Assembly: GCA_963814975.1 (NCBI GenBank)
Contig: CAWFFB010000020.1
Coordinates: forward strand, 29,202 to 93,201
DNA: 64,000 nucleotides
Direction of reading: 5' to 3'
Origin: an uncultured Acidobacteriota bacterium
GTDB lineage: Bacteria > Acidobacteriota > Vicinamibacteria > Vicinamibacterales > CAVVIG01
Part shown: positions 1 to 9,964 of the stretch, in pieces
How positions within the stretch are numbered: position 1 is the first letter of the stretch
How the letters are laid out: every line of letters starts with the position of its first letter
Made by a program: the position numbers and the translations under genes
The notes under the pieces: model-generated
Seen by the model: only the letters and a program-made list of their open reading frames with translations
What the model was told of the DNA's origin: nothing
Database searches by the model: none

Positions 1-295
1 GATACTGCTGCAACGGCACACGGGCCCCGATGATCGCGATTCCCTCGGCCACGAGCAGCGCGCGCTTGAGCACCTCCCGACCGCCATAACCGCCCAACCG
101 TCCGCCAGCCGCGATCACGCGGTGGCACGGCACGTCAGGCCGGCTGCAGCCACGCATGATGTTCCCGACGGCTCGTGCCGCGCGCGGCCGCCCCGCGAGT
201 GCCGCCACGTCGCCGTACGTCGCCACCCGCCCCGGGGGAATCCGGCGCACGACGGACAAGACGCGGGCCGTGAATTCGTCGGTGGTTCTAGCCAC
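1..295 (-). CDS. MGMT-family methylated-DNA-protein-cysteine methyltransferase-like protein (3' end runs off the window)
   Basis: Absent from the ORF track. Manual translation from GTG at 295 gives MARTTDEFTARVLSVVRRIPPGRVATYGDVAALAGRPRAARAVGNIMRGCSRPDVPCHRVIAAGGRLGGYGG, with the TYG, RAVG and active-site PCHR motifs. Confidence 0.9.
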   Translation of the reverse strand, partial: MARTTDEFTARVLSVVRRIPPGRVATYGDVAALAGRPRAARAVGNIMRGCSRPDVPCHRVIAAGGRLGGYGGREVLKRALLVAEGIAIIGARVPLQQY

Positions 296-358
296 AGCGC
301 TACCAGCGGTGACTCGTCGAGAAAGCCGGCACGGTGAATCGACAAACAGGCTTGGTGT

Positions 359-2071
359 TCAGGGCACCGGCGAACGGTGGCCAGGAATCTGGCTCCGGGG
401 CGTCGTCACGAGCGCCGCGCGCAAGACGTGACCCTCGGCACGCGGCATGGCTATGCCCGACAACGCCGCGAGGGTCGGCGCGATGTCGGCAGGCGTCGCC
501 GCGTCGCGATATTCCCCCGGCTTCACCTGTGGTCCCATCAAAACAATCGGCACTTGCTGGTCGTACGGGTTAGCCGTACCGTGCGACGTGCCGAGGGCCG
601 CGAAGGTCCATCCAGGCTCCATTGCCAGCACCAGGTCCCCGCTCCGCTGCGGCACGTAGCTGAGCGCGGCGGCGCGAAGCAGCACATCGCGCGAGGCAGC
701 CGCGTCGCGAAGTTGATCGCGCGGGAAGACGCGGGCGACACCGGGCTGGCCATTGAGCAGCTTGATCAGGGACTTGAGAGCGGCCGGCTGCTTCTGCAGC
801 CGTTCGTACATTCCTGGCTCGAAATACACTTCGTTGGGTGCGCCGACGCGCATGACGTATTTGCCGGGTCCCGCGGCTTTCTGGGCGGCAGCTTCGACCA
901 AGTCCCGGAGCTTCGCCGAGCTCACTCGTCCCCCGTGCTGCCCCGAGCGGCGTCCCTGTTCCGGGATGATCCCCACGCCGTGGTCCGACGTCAGAGCCAC
1001 GATGTATTGGTTCCGCCCGACCAGGACATCCAGTCGATCGAGCAAGATGCCGATCGTTTCGTCCAGACGGGCATAGATGTCCTGCACTTCCCGGCTGCGC
1101 GGCCCAAAGGCGTGCCCGACGATGTCTGGGCTCGAGAATCCGACCCCGAGCACATCGGGGGCGGCGTGCCTGCCCAGTTGCAGCGATTCAACCAGCGCGG
1201 CTGCAAACCGGCCGAGATACGCGTCCGCGAACGGGCTCTGCCCCCATTGGTCGAGGAAGGCCTTGTCCGGGCTGCTGCCGGCGCCTTTCAAGACATGCGG
1301 GAACGAGGCCGTCCATCCTGCTGGCGGCTCCTCACTCTCGCCTGCGTCAGCGTCCAGGTACCGGGAAGCCGGGAGCAGAGGTATCCAGGTCTTCCCGTAA
1401 TCGAACGCGATCGGCACGGCATTCACGAACTGTTGCACGGCGCCAACCGGCGCCGAACTGAACGCGGACGAGGTCTGCCATCCATCGAGCGATGGGGTCA
1501 GCCACGTCACGGCGTCACCCGCGCGGCCGGCGAGCATGATGGCGCTCCTGGGCTTGAGTGAAAGCGTCACCACCCGTGAGCCCCGCTGCGTTCGCATCTC
1601 GTCGGCGAAGGTCGGCAGGAGCAGCCCATGACTGCTGTCACCGCCTTGGGGCCGGACACCATAGCCAATCGCCTCGACAGTCGAATCCTCAGTACACGTG
1701 ACCTGGCGCCCCGCTTCGCGATCGTACCAGGCGTTCTGGACGATGCCGTGGGTGCGCGGGAATGCGCCGGTCGATACGGTCGCATGGCCCGCGCACGTCA
1801 CCGTACTGAGGTATGGGTACGCGGCGCGCGAGAACCACGCGCCTTGGTCCAACAGTCGCTTGAGGCCTCGCGTCCAGTCGCTCCGGAAACGAGCAACATA
1901 GTCCGCGCGCATCTGATCGACGATCAGAAACACCACGAGTCTGGGTGGCTGCGACGGGGCACTGCCCGCCTGGCCGGCGCCGCCGCCGCGCTGCCCCGTT
2001 CCGCGGGCGTGGGAAACGCCCAGCGCCAGCATCGCAGCGATCGACATGGCCCTTGCCGTTGCGATTCTCAC
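359..2071 (-). CDS. Alkaline phosphatase family protein (PafA / nucleotide pyrophosphatase type), exported
   Basis: Motifs IVDQMR, TVTCAGHAT (Thr nucleophile), SSPDIVGH, TSDHG and SHG. Signal-like N-terminus. Start moved to GTG 2071, which has GGAG upstream. Confidence 0.9.
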   Translation of the reverse strand: MRIATARAMSIAAMLALGVSHARGTGQRGGGAGQAGSAPSQPPRLVVFLIVDQMRADYVARFRSDWTRGLKRLLDQGAWFSRAAYPYLSTVTCAGHATVSTGAFPRTHGIVQNAWYDREAGRQVTCTEDSTVEAIGYGVRPQGGDSSHGLLLPTFADEMRTQRGSRVVTLSLKPRSAIMLAGRAGDAVTWLTPSLDGWQTSSAFSSAPVGAVQQFVNAVPIAFDYGKTWIPLLPASRYLDADAGESEEPPAGWTASFPHVLKGAGSSPDKAFLDQWGQSPFADAYLGRFAAALVESLQLGRHAAPDVLGVGFSSPDIVGHAFGPRSREVQDIYARLDETIGILLDRLDVLVGRNQYIVALTSDHGVGIIPEQGRRSGQHGGRVSSAKLRDLVEAAAQKAAGPGKYVMRVGAPNEVYFEPGMYERLQKQPAALKSLIKLLNGQPGVARVFPRDQLRDAAASRDVLLRAAALSYVPQRSGDLVLAMEPGWTFAALGTSHGTANPYDQQVPIVLMGPQVKPGEYRDAATPADIAPTLAALSGIAMPRAEGHVLRAALVTTPRSQIPGHRSPVP

Positions 2072-2117
2072 GGTGTTGCTCTCCAGTGCAGATGTGAGGG
2101 AGTTGCGGTTTCGTATT

Positions 2118-3473
2118 TCATAGGAGCACGAGCGGATCGAAGCCGAGCTCGACGGAGTCGATTGCCCTCGCGACTGAGCTGGGCCGTCCTTCTTCGGACT
2201 GGTTTTCCCACAGGTTGACGTCGTACGGCACGGCGAGCCGCTCACCCATCCGATCGACGATGACGCGGACCTGCGGGCGGTGCGGATCGGGCGCATAGAT
2301 CTTCACCACCACCGCCAGTTCGCCCGTATCGAGCCGTACCGCGTTTCCCGCGGGGTAGATGCCCACCAACTGGACGAACCTGCGGACCAGGTGTCGATCG
2401 AACTGCAGTCCATCATTCCGCTTCAAGACTTCGAGGACCCGATCGCTCGGGAAGGACTGCTGGTAGCTTCGCTGCGATCGCATGGCGTCGTAGACATCGG
2501 CAATGCTGCAGAGCATCGTGCCGACGTTGAGCGTCGGCCGCTTCGCGGCGGTGGGGTAGCCGGTGCCGTCAATCCGCAGGTGGTGCTCGAAGGCCACGAC
2601 CGGCACCAGCGCCGGAATGTCTGGTGTGGCGCGGAGAATCTCCGCCCCGTCCACGGTGTGACGCTTCATGATGCTGAACTCGGCGTCCGTCAGTTTATCC
2701 GGCTTGTTGAGAACTTCGAGCGGCGTGCGTACCTTCCCGATGTCGTGCATGAGCGCGGCGAGCCCGAACTCGCGCAGCAGCGATCCGTCGATCGCGAGTG
2801 CCCGGGCCTGTCCCATGGTCAGAATCGACACGTTCACCATGTGTGTGAACGTGTAGTTGTCGTAGTTCTTCAGCGTGGTCAGCGCGAGCAGGGCCGTCCG
2901 ATTCTGGGATACCGCCTGGGCGAGACCGTCAACCATCGTGCGCGCAACGGTCGCATCAGGCTGCCCTTCGGTCCGCGCGCTGTCCCACACCGATTCGGCC
3001 GCCGACACCGCTTCGGTGTACAGCCGCTTGAACGCCGCCATGTCGACCGAGCCCTCGACTTTCTGCTGGACGGTCACGCGGCCGACGCGGATATGCGGCA
3101 GCGCGGGGAACGCCGGGAACTCGCCGTCGGGCCGCAGCTCGAGGGTTGTCACCGCTTCCACGAACTTCGCGATCTCCTCCTCCGTCACGCCCCGGTCGAT
3201 CGTGACGCGTTCGACGCCGAGCAGCTTCAGTCGACGGCTGATCGCGCCGAGGTTCTCCGCTTTGGAGATCGGCGTGTCGTCGACGATGATTTCGTCGCCG
3301 ACAATGCCGATCACGATGGCGGGCTCGAGCGCGTGGAGCGGTTGCACCGCGGCGGCCAGCGCGGCCATGTTCCGCACGATGATCGGATGGCCCTTCGAGT
3401 ACAGCTGGGCCGATCGCACGCTCGCGGCAAGGCGGCGGAGCAGTTCGTCGGCGAGATCCGTGCGCGGCGTCAT
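2118..3473 (-). CDS. HD-GYP domain protein (putative c-di-GMP phosphodiesterase)
   Basis: Motifs YTFTH, LMHDIGK, HHLRIDGTGYP (variant of HHExxDGxGYP) and IADVYDAM, plus a typical GIYPxG...LDTGELAVV C-terminal domain. Confidence 0.92.
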   Translation of the reverse strand: MTPRTDLADELLRRLAASVRSAQLYSKGHPIIVRNMAALAAAVQPLHALEPAIVIGIVGDEIIVDDTPISKAENLGAISRRLKLLGVERVTIDRGVTEEEIAKFVEAVTTLELRPDGEFPAFPALPHIRVGRVTVQQKVEGSVDMAAFKRLYTEAVSAAESVWDSARTEGQPDATVARTMVDGLAQAVSQNRTALLALTTLKNYDNYTFTHMVNVSILTMGQARALAIDGSLLREFGLAALMHDIGKVRTPLEVLNKPDKLTDAEFSIMKRHTVDGAEILRATPDIPALVPVVAFEHHLRIDGTGYPTAAKRPTLNVGTMLCSIADVYDAMRSQRSYQQSFPSDRVLEVLKRNDGLQFDRHLVRRFVQLVGIYPAGNAVRLDTGELAVVVKIYAPDPHRPQVRVIVDRMGERLAVPYDVNLWENQSEEGRPSSVARAIDSVELGFDPLVLL

Positions 3474-3483
3474 CCTCGCCCCT

Positions 3484-5719
3484 TCATCTCGGTGGCCGCT
3501 TCGCGCCGCTCAGCCGTGCACGGGCCACGCGGCGGACGCCGCGCGAGCCGGTGCGCGCCGCCTCTTCGAGGATCGCGTCCGCCTCGGGCGTGCCCATCCG
3601 GGCCAGTGCCGCCGCCGCCGCCGTGCGCAGGAGCCGTGTCCGCCCCGGCGCCCACCATTCGCCGCGGTGCAGCGCCGTCATCAGTTCAGGCACTCCGATC
3701 GGATCCTTCAGAGCGGCGAGCGCTTCGATCGCGCGCAGGTACACGGACCTGAGCTGTCCCCGGTGATCGACGTTGCGCAGAATGTACGCGAAGAGCGGAG
3801 CGGCGCGCTCGTCGCGTACGGCGCCGAGCGACTGCATGATCGCCTCGCGGAAGGTCGCTGTTCCGTTGACCAGCGCCTGTTGCAGGACCTGGAACGCCTG
3901 GTCGGTGCCGATGTTGAGAATCGCCCGCACCGCTTCGCGCTGCACCTGTTGCTCATCGTCGGCGAGCAGTTCCGTGAGCTCCGGCAGCGCGTCGCTGCCG
4001 CCGAAATTGCGCAGCAGATACACCGCGGTGCGACGCACCGCCGGATTCGGCGAGGTCTTCAGGCGTTCGACCTCCCCCCGGCCGATCGAACCGAATGTAA
4101 TCAGAATGGCGGTCAGACGCTCGCGCGGGCGCGTGCGGTCCTCGGCTAACAGTGCTTCGGCGAGCGGCCGGATCACCGCCTCGCCAACCGACACGCACAT
4201 CGTCTTGACCAGCTCGAACTGGGCGTCGTCGATGTGCGCGAGATGGGCGACGATGTGCTGCATCATCGAGCCGCCGACCAGCTCGTTGATGGCCTTCGCG
4301 GCCGTCTGGCTGCGCTCCTTCGAAGCGGTGTTGCGCGCCTGCTGGACGAGCACGTCGAGCAGTTCGTCCGCCGCCTGGAAGTCGCCGACGAGCAGAAGAT
4401 CCTCGATCAGCGTCACCACCGGCCGCATCAAGGCGGCCCAGCGGTCGGGATTCTCCTCGATGCGCAGCAAGTCGAACACCAGGCTCAGATCGAGTTTGCG
4501 CAGCTCGCTCGTCGACACCGTCCCCAGCCATGCCGCCACCCGCTCCGGGGGATCATCGCTGACATTCTCGACCTCGATCGCCTTCGTGCGTGCGCTCGAC
4601 AGCTCCCGGGCGTAGTCGTCCGGCACGTACGGCTTGTCCGAATAGCTGGAGAGGATCTTCTGCGCGACCTCGTCCCAGGCGCCCTCGAACCCTGACATCT
4701 TGCCGATCGACTCGGATGCCTCATCGTGGGCCATGGTCAGCAGACGCTCGCGATGATCGGCGTCCTGCACCAGGTTGTGAAATGCCTGGGAGACGCGGTC
4801 GATTGAGGTGCCTTCTGCGAGCGCATTGCGCGCGACGAAGCCGGCGATCGCGCCGTCCGACATGTGGCTGACGACGGTGTCCACCGTCGCCGGCGCCCCG
4901 GCGCTGGCGCCCCCGCGATGCGACAGCAGCGACACCATCATCTCGGGCGAGAGCCGCCCGATCGCCGCCGCCATGTTCTGCATCGCCGGTTCGAGCTGAT
5001 CGGGAGCCCTCGTCGAAACGGTTTCGATGATGCCTTGCAGCAGCCGGACGAGCGCCGCGGCCCGCTGCCCGACTCCCCGGCCTCCCCGCGTCGCGCTCGC
5101 GTCGACCGCGAGGATCAGCTCACCCAGCTTGTCGGAGTCGCCCGCGGCCTCGAGCAGGGCGCGCGCGGCGTCTTCGTCGAGGTCGAATGCGTCGTCCTGC
5201 AGGCAACTGGCAATGATCTGATCAAGGCCGGCTGCCGCACCGTCACGGCGCTCGCGCAGCACTTCCGCGTAGTCAATCTCGCGAAGCTCGACGTGCCGCC
5301 CGGCCATCGCCGTCCAGAGCCGCCCGATTCCGCCCTCGGCGCGGAGCATCCTCCGGCGACCGCCCAACCAGGAGCAGGAACTTGCGCCACGCTTCGACAT
5401 CTCCACCCGGATTCACGCTCAGCTCGCCGATCAGGTGATCGTGCAGTAACACCGCGAGCTCGGTGATCGCCGCATCCGGACGCAGCGGCGCCCGGCCGTC
5501 GAGCAGCAGCGCGTCCGCGAGCACGCTGATGCGCAATGGTCCTGGGAGGCTGGCTTCGGACGTGACCTGGACGATCCGGCCGAGGGTGGTGGCGATCGCC
5601 GGATGGCCGCCTGGATACAGCATCACCGCCCGGGCAGCTGCCTTGCAGGCGCGCGCGAAGTCGGTCAGGCGGGCCGTGTCCTCAGGTGCGAGCGGGCCAG
5701 GTACGTCGACGGCCATCAC
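3484..5719 (-). CDS. HEAT-repeat protein (frameshift near 5350)
   Basis: ORFs 5273-5719 and 3484-5406 join at ...GRSPED/RAEGGIGRLW. The C-terminal half has HEAT-like helical repeats (AVRRTAVYLL, QVQREAVRAI, RAIEALAAL). Confidence 0.85.
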
Positions 5720-6021
5720 ATGTACGTCAGCGGGTCGATGTCGAGCGCCTCGGGATCGAGGGCTTCGACCTCGTCTTTCTTGAGGGCGATCAGCGCCATC
5801 AGCGAGGTGCGATCCTCACTGACGAGCTTGGCGAGGCTGTCGATGATCATGCGCGCGGCGCCGGAGCCGGACTGGTCGCCAGCCTTCGCCGCGTTCGAGA
5901 GCGTCTCGGCGGTCTCGACAGCTGCGTCATGGACCCGGCGCACCGCGGTGCTTCCCGTCTCACCGTCGGCGATTTCCTCGAAGACAAACGTGTCAATCCT
6001 GATGGAGCGCACCCCGCTCAT
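5716..6021 (-). CDS. Small protein homologous to the flanks of the HD-GYP protein, lacking the catalytic domain
   Basis: AARMIIDSLAKLVSEDRTSLMALIALK aligns by eye with VARTMVDGLAQAVSQNRTALLALTTLK of 2118-3473. Its tail EALDPEALDIDPLTYM matches RAIDSVELGFDPLVLL. The stop overlaps the HEAT gene start. Confidence 0.75.
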   Translation of the reverse strand: MSGVRSIRIDTFVFEEIADGETGSTAVRRVHDAAVETAETLSNAAKAGDQSGSGAARMIIDSLAKLVSEDRTSLMALIALKKDEVEALDPEALDIDPLTYM

Positions 6022-6123
6022 GGTGTGTAAATTATCGTAGACGCAAGGGGCCAGCCCACACTAATCGTCACGACGGCAGCCGACCGATTCGCGGGGGCCG
6101 CGCGCGTCAACACGCCGCTGCGG

Positions 6124-6834
6124 CTATCCCGTGGAGAGCCCCGCGCGGCGACCCTGCGCATAGACGGACAGTTCCGCATTGGCGATCGTGATGACCTCGA
6201 GCGCATCAGCGATGTCAGGCACGTCCGCCCCTGGGATAGCGACGTAGAGGTCCTCTTCGCTGAGGCCGGTGTACACACGATTGCCGATACAGCCGAGACT
6301 CGTGACCGTGCCGTGCGCCAGCGCCGCGGGTAGCGCCATACAGGTCGGACGACCAAGCGGAGGCAACGCGCCCGGTTTGCCCGCCCGAATCGCCGCTTCG
6401 TGAAGACGCATGGCCGACGCCGGACGGCACGCGAACAGGATGACGCTCGGGGGCATCGGAGTGTCGGCCAGGGCAGAATAGAGCACCGCGGCCGGAGTCT
6501 GTGAAAGGCGCGGGATCCCGGCCACCTCTTCGGGCCGAATATAGTTCACGCGAAACATGAATTCGAGCGTCTGCGTCGTTTCGGTCGCCCGCTCCGGAGA
6601 CAGGTCGATGCTGTGCGTATAACTGCCGACCGCGCAGTTGAAGTGATCGGACGGTACCGTATAGAAGGTGCGGCCTTCGGCAGCCAGGCGCCAGAAACTG
6701 CAGCCTGACGGTTGGCTTCCCGTGAACCTCGCGACGCCTTCCGGCGCCGAGTCCAGAAATGTAACCGCCACCGGACGGCGGGTGAAGGGCGCGCACGCGC
6801 CGATGCGGTTTTCGAGACGACGCCAATCAGTCAT
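6124..6834 (-). CDS. DUF169 family protein
   Basis: Cys motifs GCSFW, HFNCAVG, PTC and SLGCIGNR are typical of DUF169. ATG 6834 has a GGAGG RBS. Confidence 0.8.
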   Translation of the reverse strand: MTDWRRLENRIGACAPFTRRPVAVTFLDSAPEGVARFTGSQPSGCSFWRLAAEGRTFYTVPSDHFNCAVGSYTHSIDLSPERATETTQTLEFMFRVNYIRPEEVAGIPRLSQTPAAVLYSALADTPMPPSVILFACRPASAMRLHEAAIRAGKPGALPPLGRPTCMALPAALAHGTVTSLGCIGNRVYTGLSEEDLYVAIPGADVPDIADALEVITIANAELSVYAQGRRAGLSTG

Positions 6835-6921
6835 GTTCCTCCATGCCAAGTCTGACCCACAATCACCGGATTGCCTACCGCCGGCAAGCTGGGCGGCACC
6901 GTTCCGTTATACTCGCGCCGG

Positions 6922-8226
6922 ATGCGCGCGGTCGACATCATCCTCAAGAAACGAGACGGCGGCCGACTGGCAGCGGAAGAAATTTCGTTCTTCGTCGACG
7001 GGGTGACGACCGGCACGGTGCCGGATTATCAGGCCTCGGCGCTGCTGATGGCAATTCTGCTGCGCGGAATGACGGACGACGAGACGGCGTCGCTCACGGC
7101 CGCGATGGTTGATTCCGGCGTCCGCCTCGATCTGAGCGGCATTTCCGGCGCGAAGGTGGACAAGCACAGCACGGGAGGGGTCGGCGATAAGACCTCGCTG
7201 GTGGTGGCGCCGATCGCCGCCGCGTGCGGCGTGATTGTGCCGATGATGTCGGGCCGCGGACTCGGATACACGGGCGGTACGCTCGACAAGCTCGAATCGA
7301 TTCCCGGCTTTCGCGTGAATCTGTCGTTCGATGAGATGAACGCCGCGCTGGCCAGCACCGGCTGCGCGATGATTGGCCAGTCGGCCGAGCTGGCGCCGGC
7401 CGACAAGAAGCTGTACGCGCTTCGCGACGTGTCGGGCACGATTGAGAGCATTCCGCTCATTACGGCGTCGATCCTGAGCAAGAAGGTGGCCGAAGGAATC
7501 GAGGGTCTGGTTCTCGATGTGAAGACCGGTCGCGGCGCGTTCATGAAGACGGAAGCCGACGCGCATGCCCTCGCCAAGTCGCTCGTGTCGATTGGCAAGG
7601 CGTCCGGCGTTCGAACGGAAGCGGTCATCACCTCCATGGACGCGCCGCTCGGTTGCGCCGTGGGCAATGCGCTCGAAGTGATCGAGAGTCTGGAAGTGCT
7701 GAAGGGACGTGGCTCCGGGGAGCTCATGGACCTCTCGATCGAGCTCGCCGCGCGCATGCTGCTCCTCGGAGGGGTCGCCGCGGACCGTCCCGATGCCGAG
7801 CGCCGCGTCCGCCACGCCATCGCGTCCGGCAGCGCACTGGCCCGCTTTCAGTCGATTGTCGAATCGCAGGGCGGCGACCCGCGCGTTGTCGAGGACTATG
7901 GAAGGTTGCCCACGGCGTCGGGGCAGCATCCTGTGCCGGCAGATCGATCCGGCTACGTCACGGGGCTCGATGCGGAACTGATAGGCCGCGCTTCGGTGGC
8001 GCTCGGGGCCGGCCGCGATCGAGTCGAAGATGTCGTGGACCCGGCCGTTGGAATCATGGTGGTCGCCCGCATCGGCCACCGTGTGTCCGGCGGCGATCCT
8101 GTGCTGATGCTTCATTACCGGTCGGAGGTCAGGCTCGACGCGGCCCTCGCGCTGGCCCGAAGCGCCATTCGCGTGGCCGACCGGCCGCCGCCCGCCCGGC
8201 CGTCTATACTGGCGAGCATCGACTGA
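6922..8226 (+). CDS. pdp: Pyrimidine-nucleoside (thymidine) phosphorylase
   Basis: MRAVDIILKKRDG start; motifs DKHSTGGVGDK, SGRGLGYTGGTLDKLESIPG and LDVKTGRGAFMK. Confidence 0.95.
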   Translation: MRAVDIILKKRDGGRLAAEEISFFVDGVTTGTVPDYQASALLMAILLRGMTDDETASLTAAMVDSGVRLDLSGISGAKVDKHSTGGVGDKTSLVVAPIAAACGVIVPMMSGRGLGYTGGTLDKLESIPGFRVNLSFDEMNAALASTGCAMIGQSAELAPADKKLYALRDVSGTIESIPLITASILSKKVAEGIEGLVLDVKTGRGAFMKTEADAHALAKSLVSIGKASGVRTEAVITSMDAPLGCAVGNALEVIESLEVLKGRGSGELMDLSIELAARMLLLGGVAADRPDAERRVRHAIASGSALARFQSIVESQGGDPRVVEDYGRLPTASGQHPVPADRSGYVTGLDAELIGRASVALGAGRDRVEDVVDPAVGIMVVARIGHRVSGGDPVLMLHYRSEVRLDAALALARSAIRVADRPPPARPSILASID

Positions 8227-8286
8227 GGCCGTGAGCCGCATGCCAGTCGCGGCGTCGATCAACGCTGCACCGCCGCGGGGCTGTGA

Positions 8287-9105
8287 ATGGACTATTACGA
8301 TCGGGTGCAGGAGGCGGCCGCGGCGATCCGCTCGAACTCCGGACAGGTGCCCTCGGTCGCGGTCGTCCTCGGATCCGGGCTCGGTGACTTTGCCGCCACG
8401 CTTGCCGAGCCGGTGTCGCTGTCGTACCGGCAACTGCCGCACTGGCCGGCGGTTCGCGTCGCCGGTCACGCGGGGCGACTGGTGGTTGGCACCCTTCAGG
8501 GCCGAACGGTCGCCGCCCTCGCCGGACGCAGCCACGCCTATGAGGGGCACGACCTCGGCACCGTCACGTTCGCCGTGCGCGTGCTCGGGTGCCTGGGCGT
8601 GAAGATTCTCATCCTCACCAATGCCGCTGGCGGCATCAATACCGCGTTTGCACAGGGGACGTTGATGGTGATCGACGACCACATCAATTTAACGGGTCTC
8701 AACCCGCTTGTCGGACCCAACGAGGATCGGTTCGGTCCCCGCTTTCCCGACATGACCGGCGTCTATGCCTCGCGGCTACGCGCGGTTGCCGACCAGGTGG
8801 GCGCCGCCCTGGAAATGCAGCTGTCGCACGGCGTCTATGCTGCGCTGACGGGGCCCAGCTACGAAACACCCGCCGAGATCCGGTACCTGCGAGCGATCGG
8901 AGCGGACGCGGTGGGAATGTCCACCGTGCCGGAGGCCATCGTCGCGCGCCACATGGGTCTCGAGGTGCTCGGCATCTCGTGCATCACCAACATGGCCGCC
9001 GGCCTACGGCCCGGCCCTCTGAGTCATGAAGAGGTGCTGGAAACCACGCGCCGGGTGCGCGGCCGGTTCATCGCGCTGCTGGAGGGAATCATTGGACGAC
9101 TCTGA
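8287..9105 (+). CDS. punA: Purine-nucleoside phosphorylase (trimeric type)
   Basis: Motifs VLGSGLG, GRSHAYEG, LTNAAGGIN, GPSYETPAE, GMSTVPE and ITNMAAG. Confidence 0.95.
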   Translation: MDYYDRVQEAAAAIRSNSGQVPSVAVVLGSGLGDFAATLAEPVSLSYRQLPHWPAVRVAGHAGRLVVGTLQGRTVAALAGRSHAYEGHDLGTVTFAVRVLGCLGVKILILTNAAGGINTAFAQGTLMVIDDHINLTGLNPLVGPNEDRFGPRFPDMTGVYASRLRAVADQVGAALEMQLSHGVYAALTGPSYETPAEIRYLRAIGADAVGMSTVPEAIVARHMGLEVLGISCITNMAAGLRPGPLSHEEVLETTRRVRGRFIALLEGIIGRL

Positions 9106-9934
9106 TCGCAGACGGCTGTCGGTCTCGACAGTCGATGTCGCCGAGGGTCGTGAAGCGGAATTCCACAATCTCTCGAATGCCTTCCAGGCGCTCTTCGGGC
9201 GCAAGGGCTACGGGCGTTTCGAGACATTTCGCGACGAGGGGGTGCCGACCCGCTATTACTCCGTCCGCGAATGGTCCGGTACCGCTGCGGCCGAGACTTG
9301 CCACGGCGATATCGAAGTGCAGGGGCTCACGTCGAAGCTGTACAGGATCGCGCGTGTGACTCACGTCGTGAACGGCGTGCGCCGCCCGGATCCGTTGCGG
9401 CTCGTGCTGGATGATCACCGGGCTGGCGTGGAATCCGATCGCCGTTCCGGCTTCGATCGGCGGGACGCGACCCGGAAGGAGCCAGTAGTCGAGCGCAGGC
9501 ACAATCGCGAGCGTCGGCTGGGTCCACGGCGGCTGCGGGCCCAGGCGGCCGCCGTCGATCTCGTGGCAGCCGCCCGCCGGGCGCGCGAACATGCCGACGC
9601 CGCGTTTTCGCGGTTCAAGGTCGGTGCCGCGCTCGAGGCGGGCGACGGCACGGTTATTACGGGCTGCAATATCGAGAATGCAACCTACGGCTTGACGATG
9701 TGTGCAGAGCGCGTGGCGATCTTCAAGGCGCTCTCTGAGGGGCACCGCGTCTTCAGCCGCATCGCCATCGTCGTCGACAGCGAACGACCCACACCACCGT
9801 GCGGGGCCTGCCGGCAGGTGCTGTGGGAGTTCGGCGGCAACCTCGAAGTGCAGCTGGCAAACCTGTCACAGGAGCAAGGCACCCATCAGCTCAAGGACCT
9901 GCTGCCGCTGCCTTTCGACGCGCGACTCCTGTGA
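9092..9934 (+). CDS. cdd: Cytidine deaminase with N-terminal ABM-like domain and DRR/ERR-repeat linker
   Basis: C-terminal FKVGAAL, GCNIENATYGLTMCAERVA and PCGACRQ. About 155 extra N-terminal residues are in frame. Probable TTG start at 9092 with GGAGG upstream. Confidence 0.88.
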   Translation: MDDSDRRRLSVSTVDVAEGREAEFHNLSNAFQALFGRKGYGRFETFRDEGVPTRYYSVREWSGTAAAETCHGDIEVQGLTSKLYRIARVTHVVNGVRRPDPLRLVLDDHRAGVESDRRSGFDRRDATRKEPVVERRHNRERRLGPRRLRAQAAAVDLVAAARRAREHADAAFSRFKVGAALEAGDGTVITGCNIENATYGLTMCAERVAIFKALSEGHRVFSRIAIVVDSERPTPPCGACRQVLWEFGGNLEVQLANLSQEQGTHQLKDLLPLPFDARLL

Positions 9935-9964
9935 TCCACGCAGTAGAGTTAGAATTTCTCATCC

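Noticed and set aside
6907-8682. 591-aa minus-strand ORF and similar long antisense ORFs (e.g. 377-1561, 13694-15220, 29406-31061, 44418-45992)
   Set aside because: These are shadow frames of well-supported genes in high-GC DNA, with no recognisable motifs.
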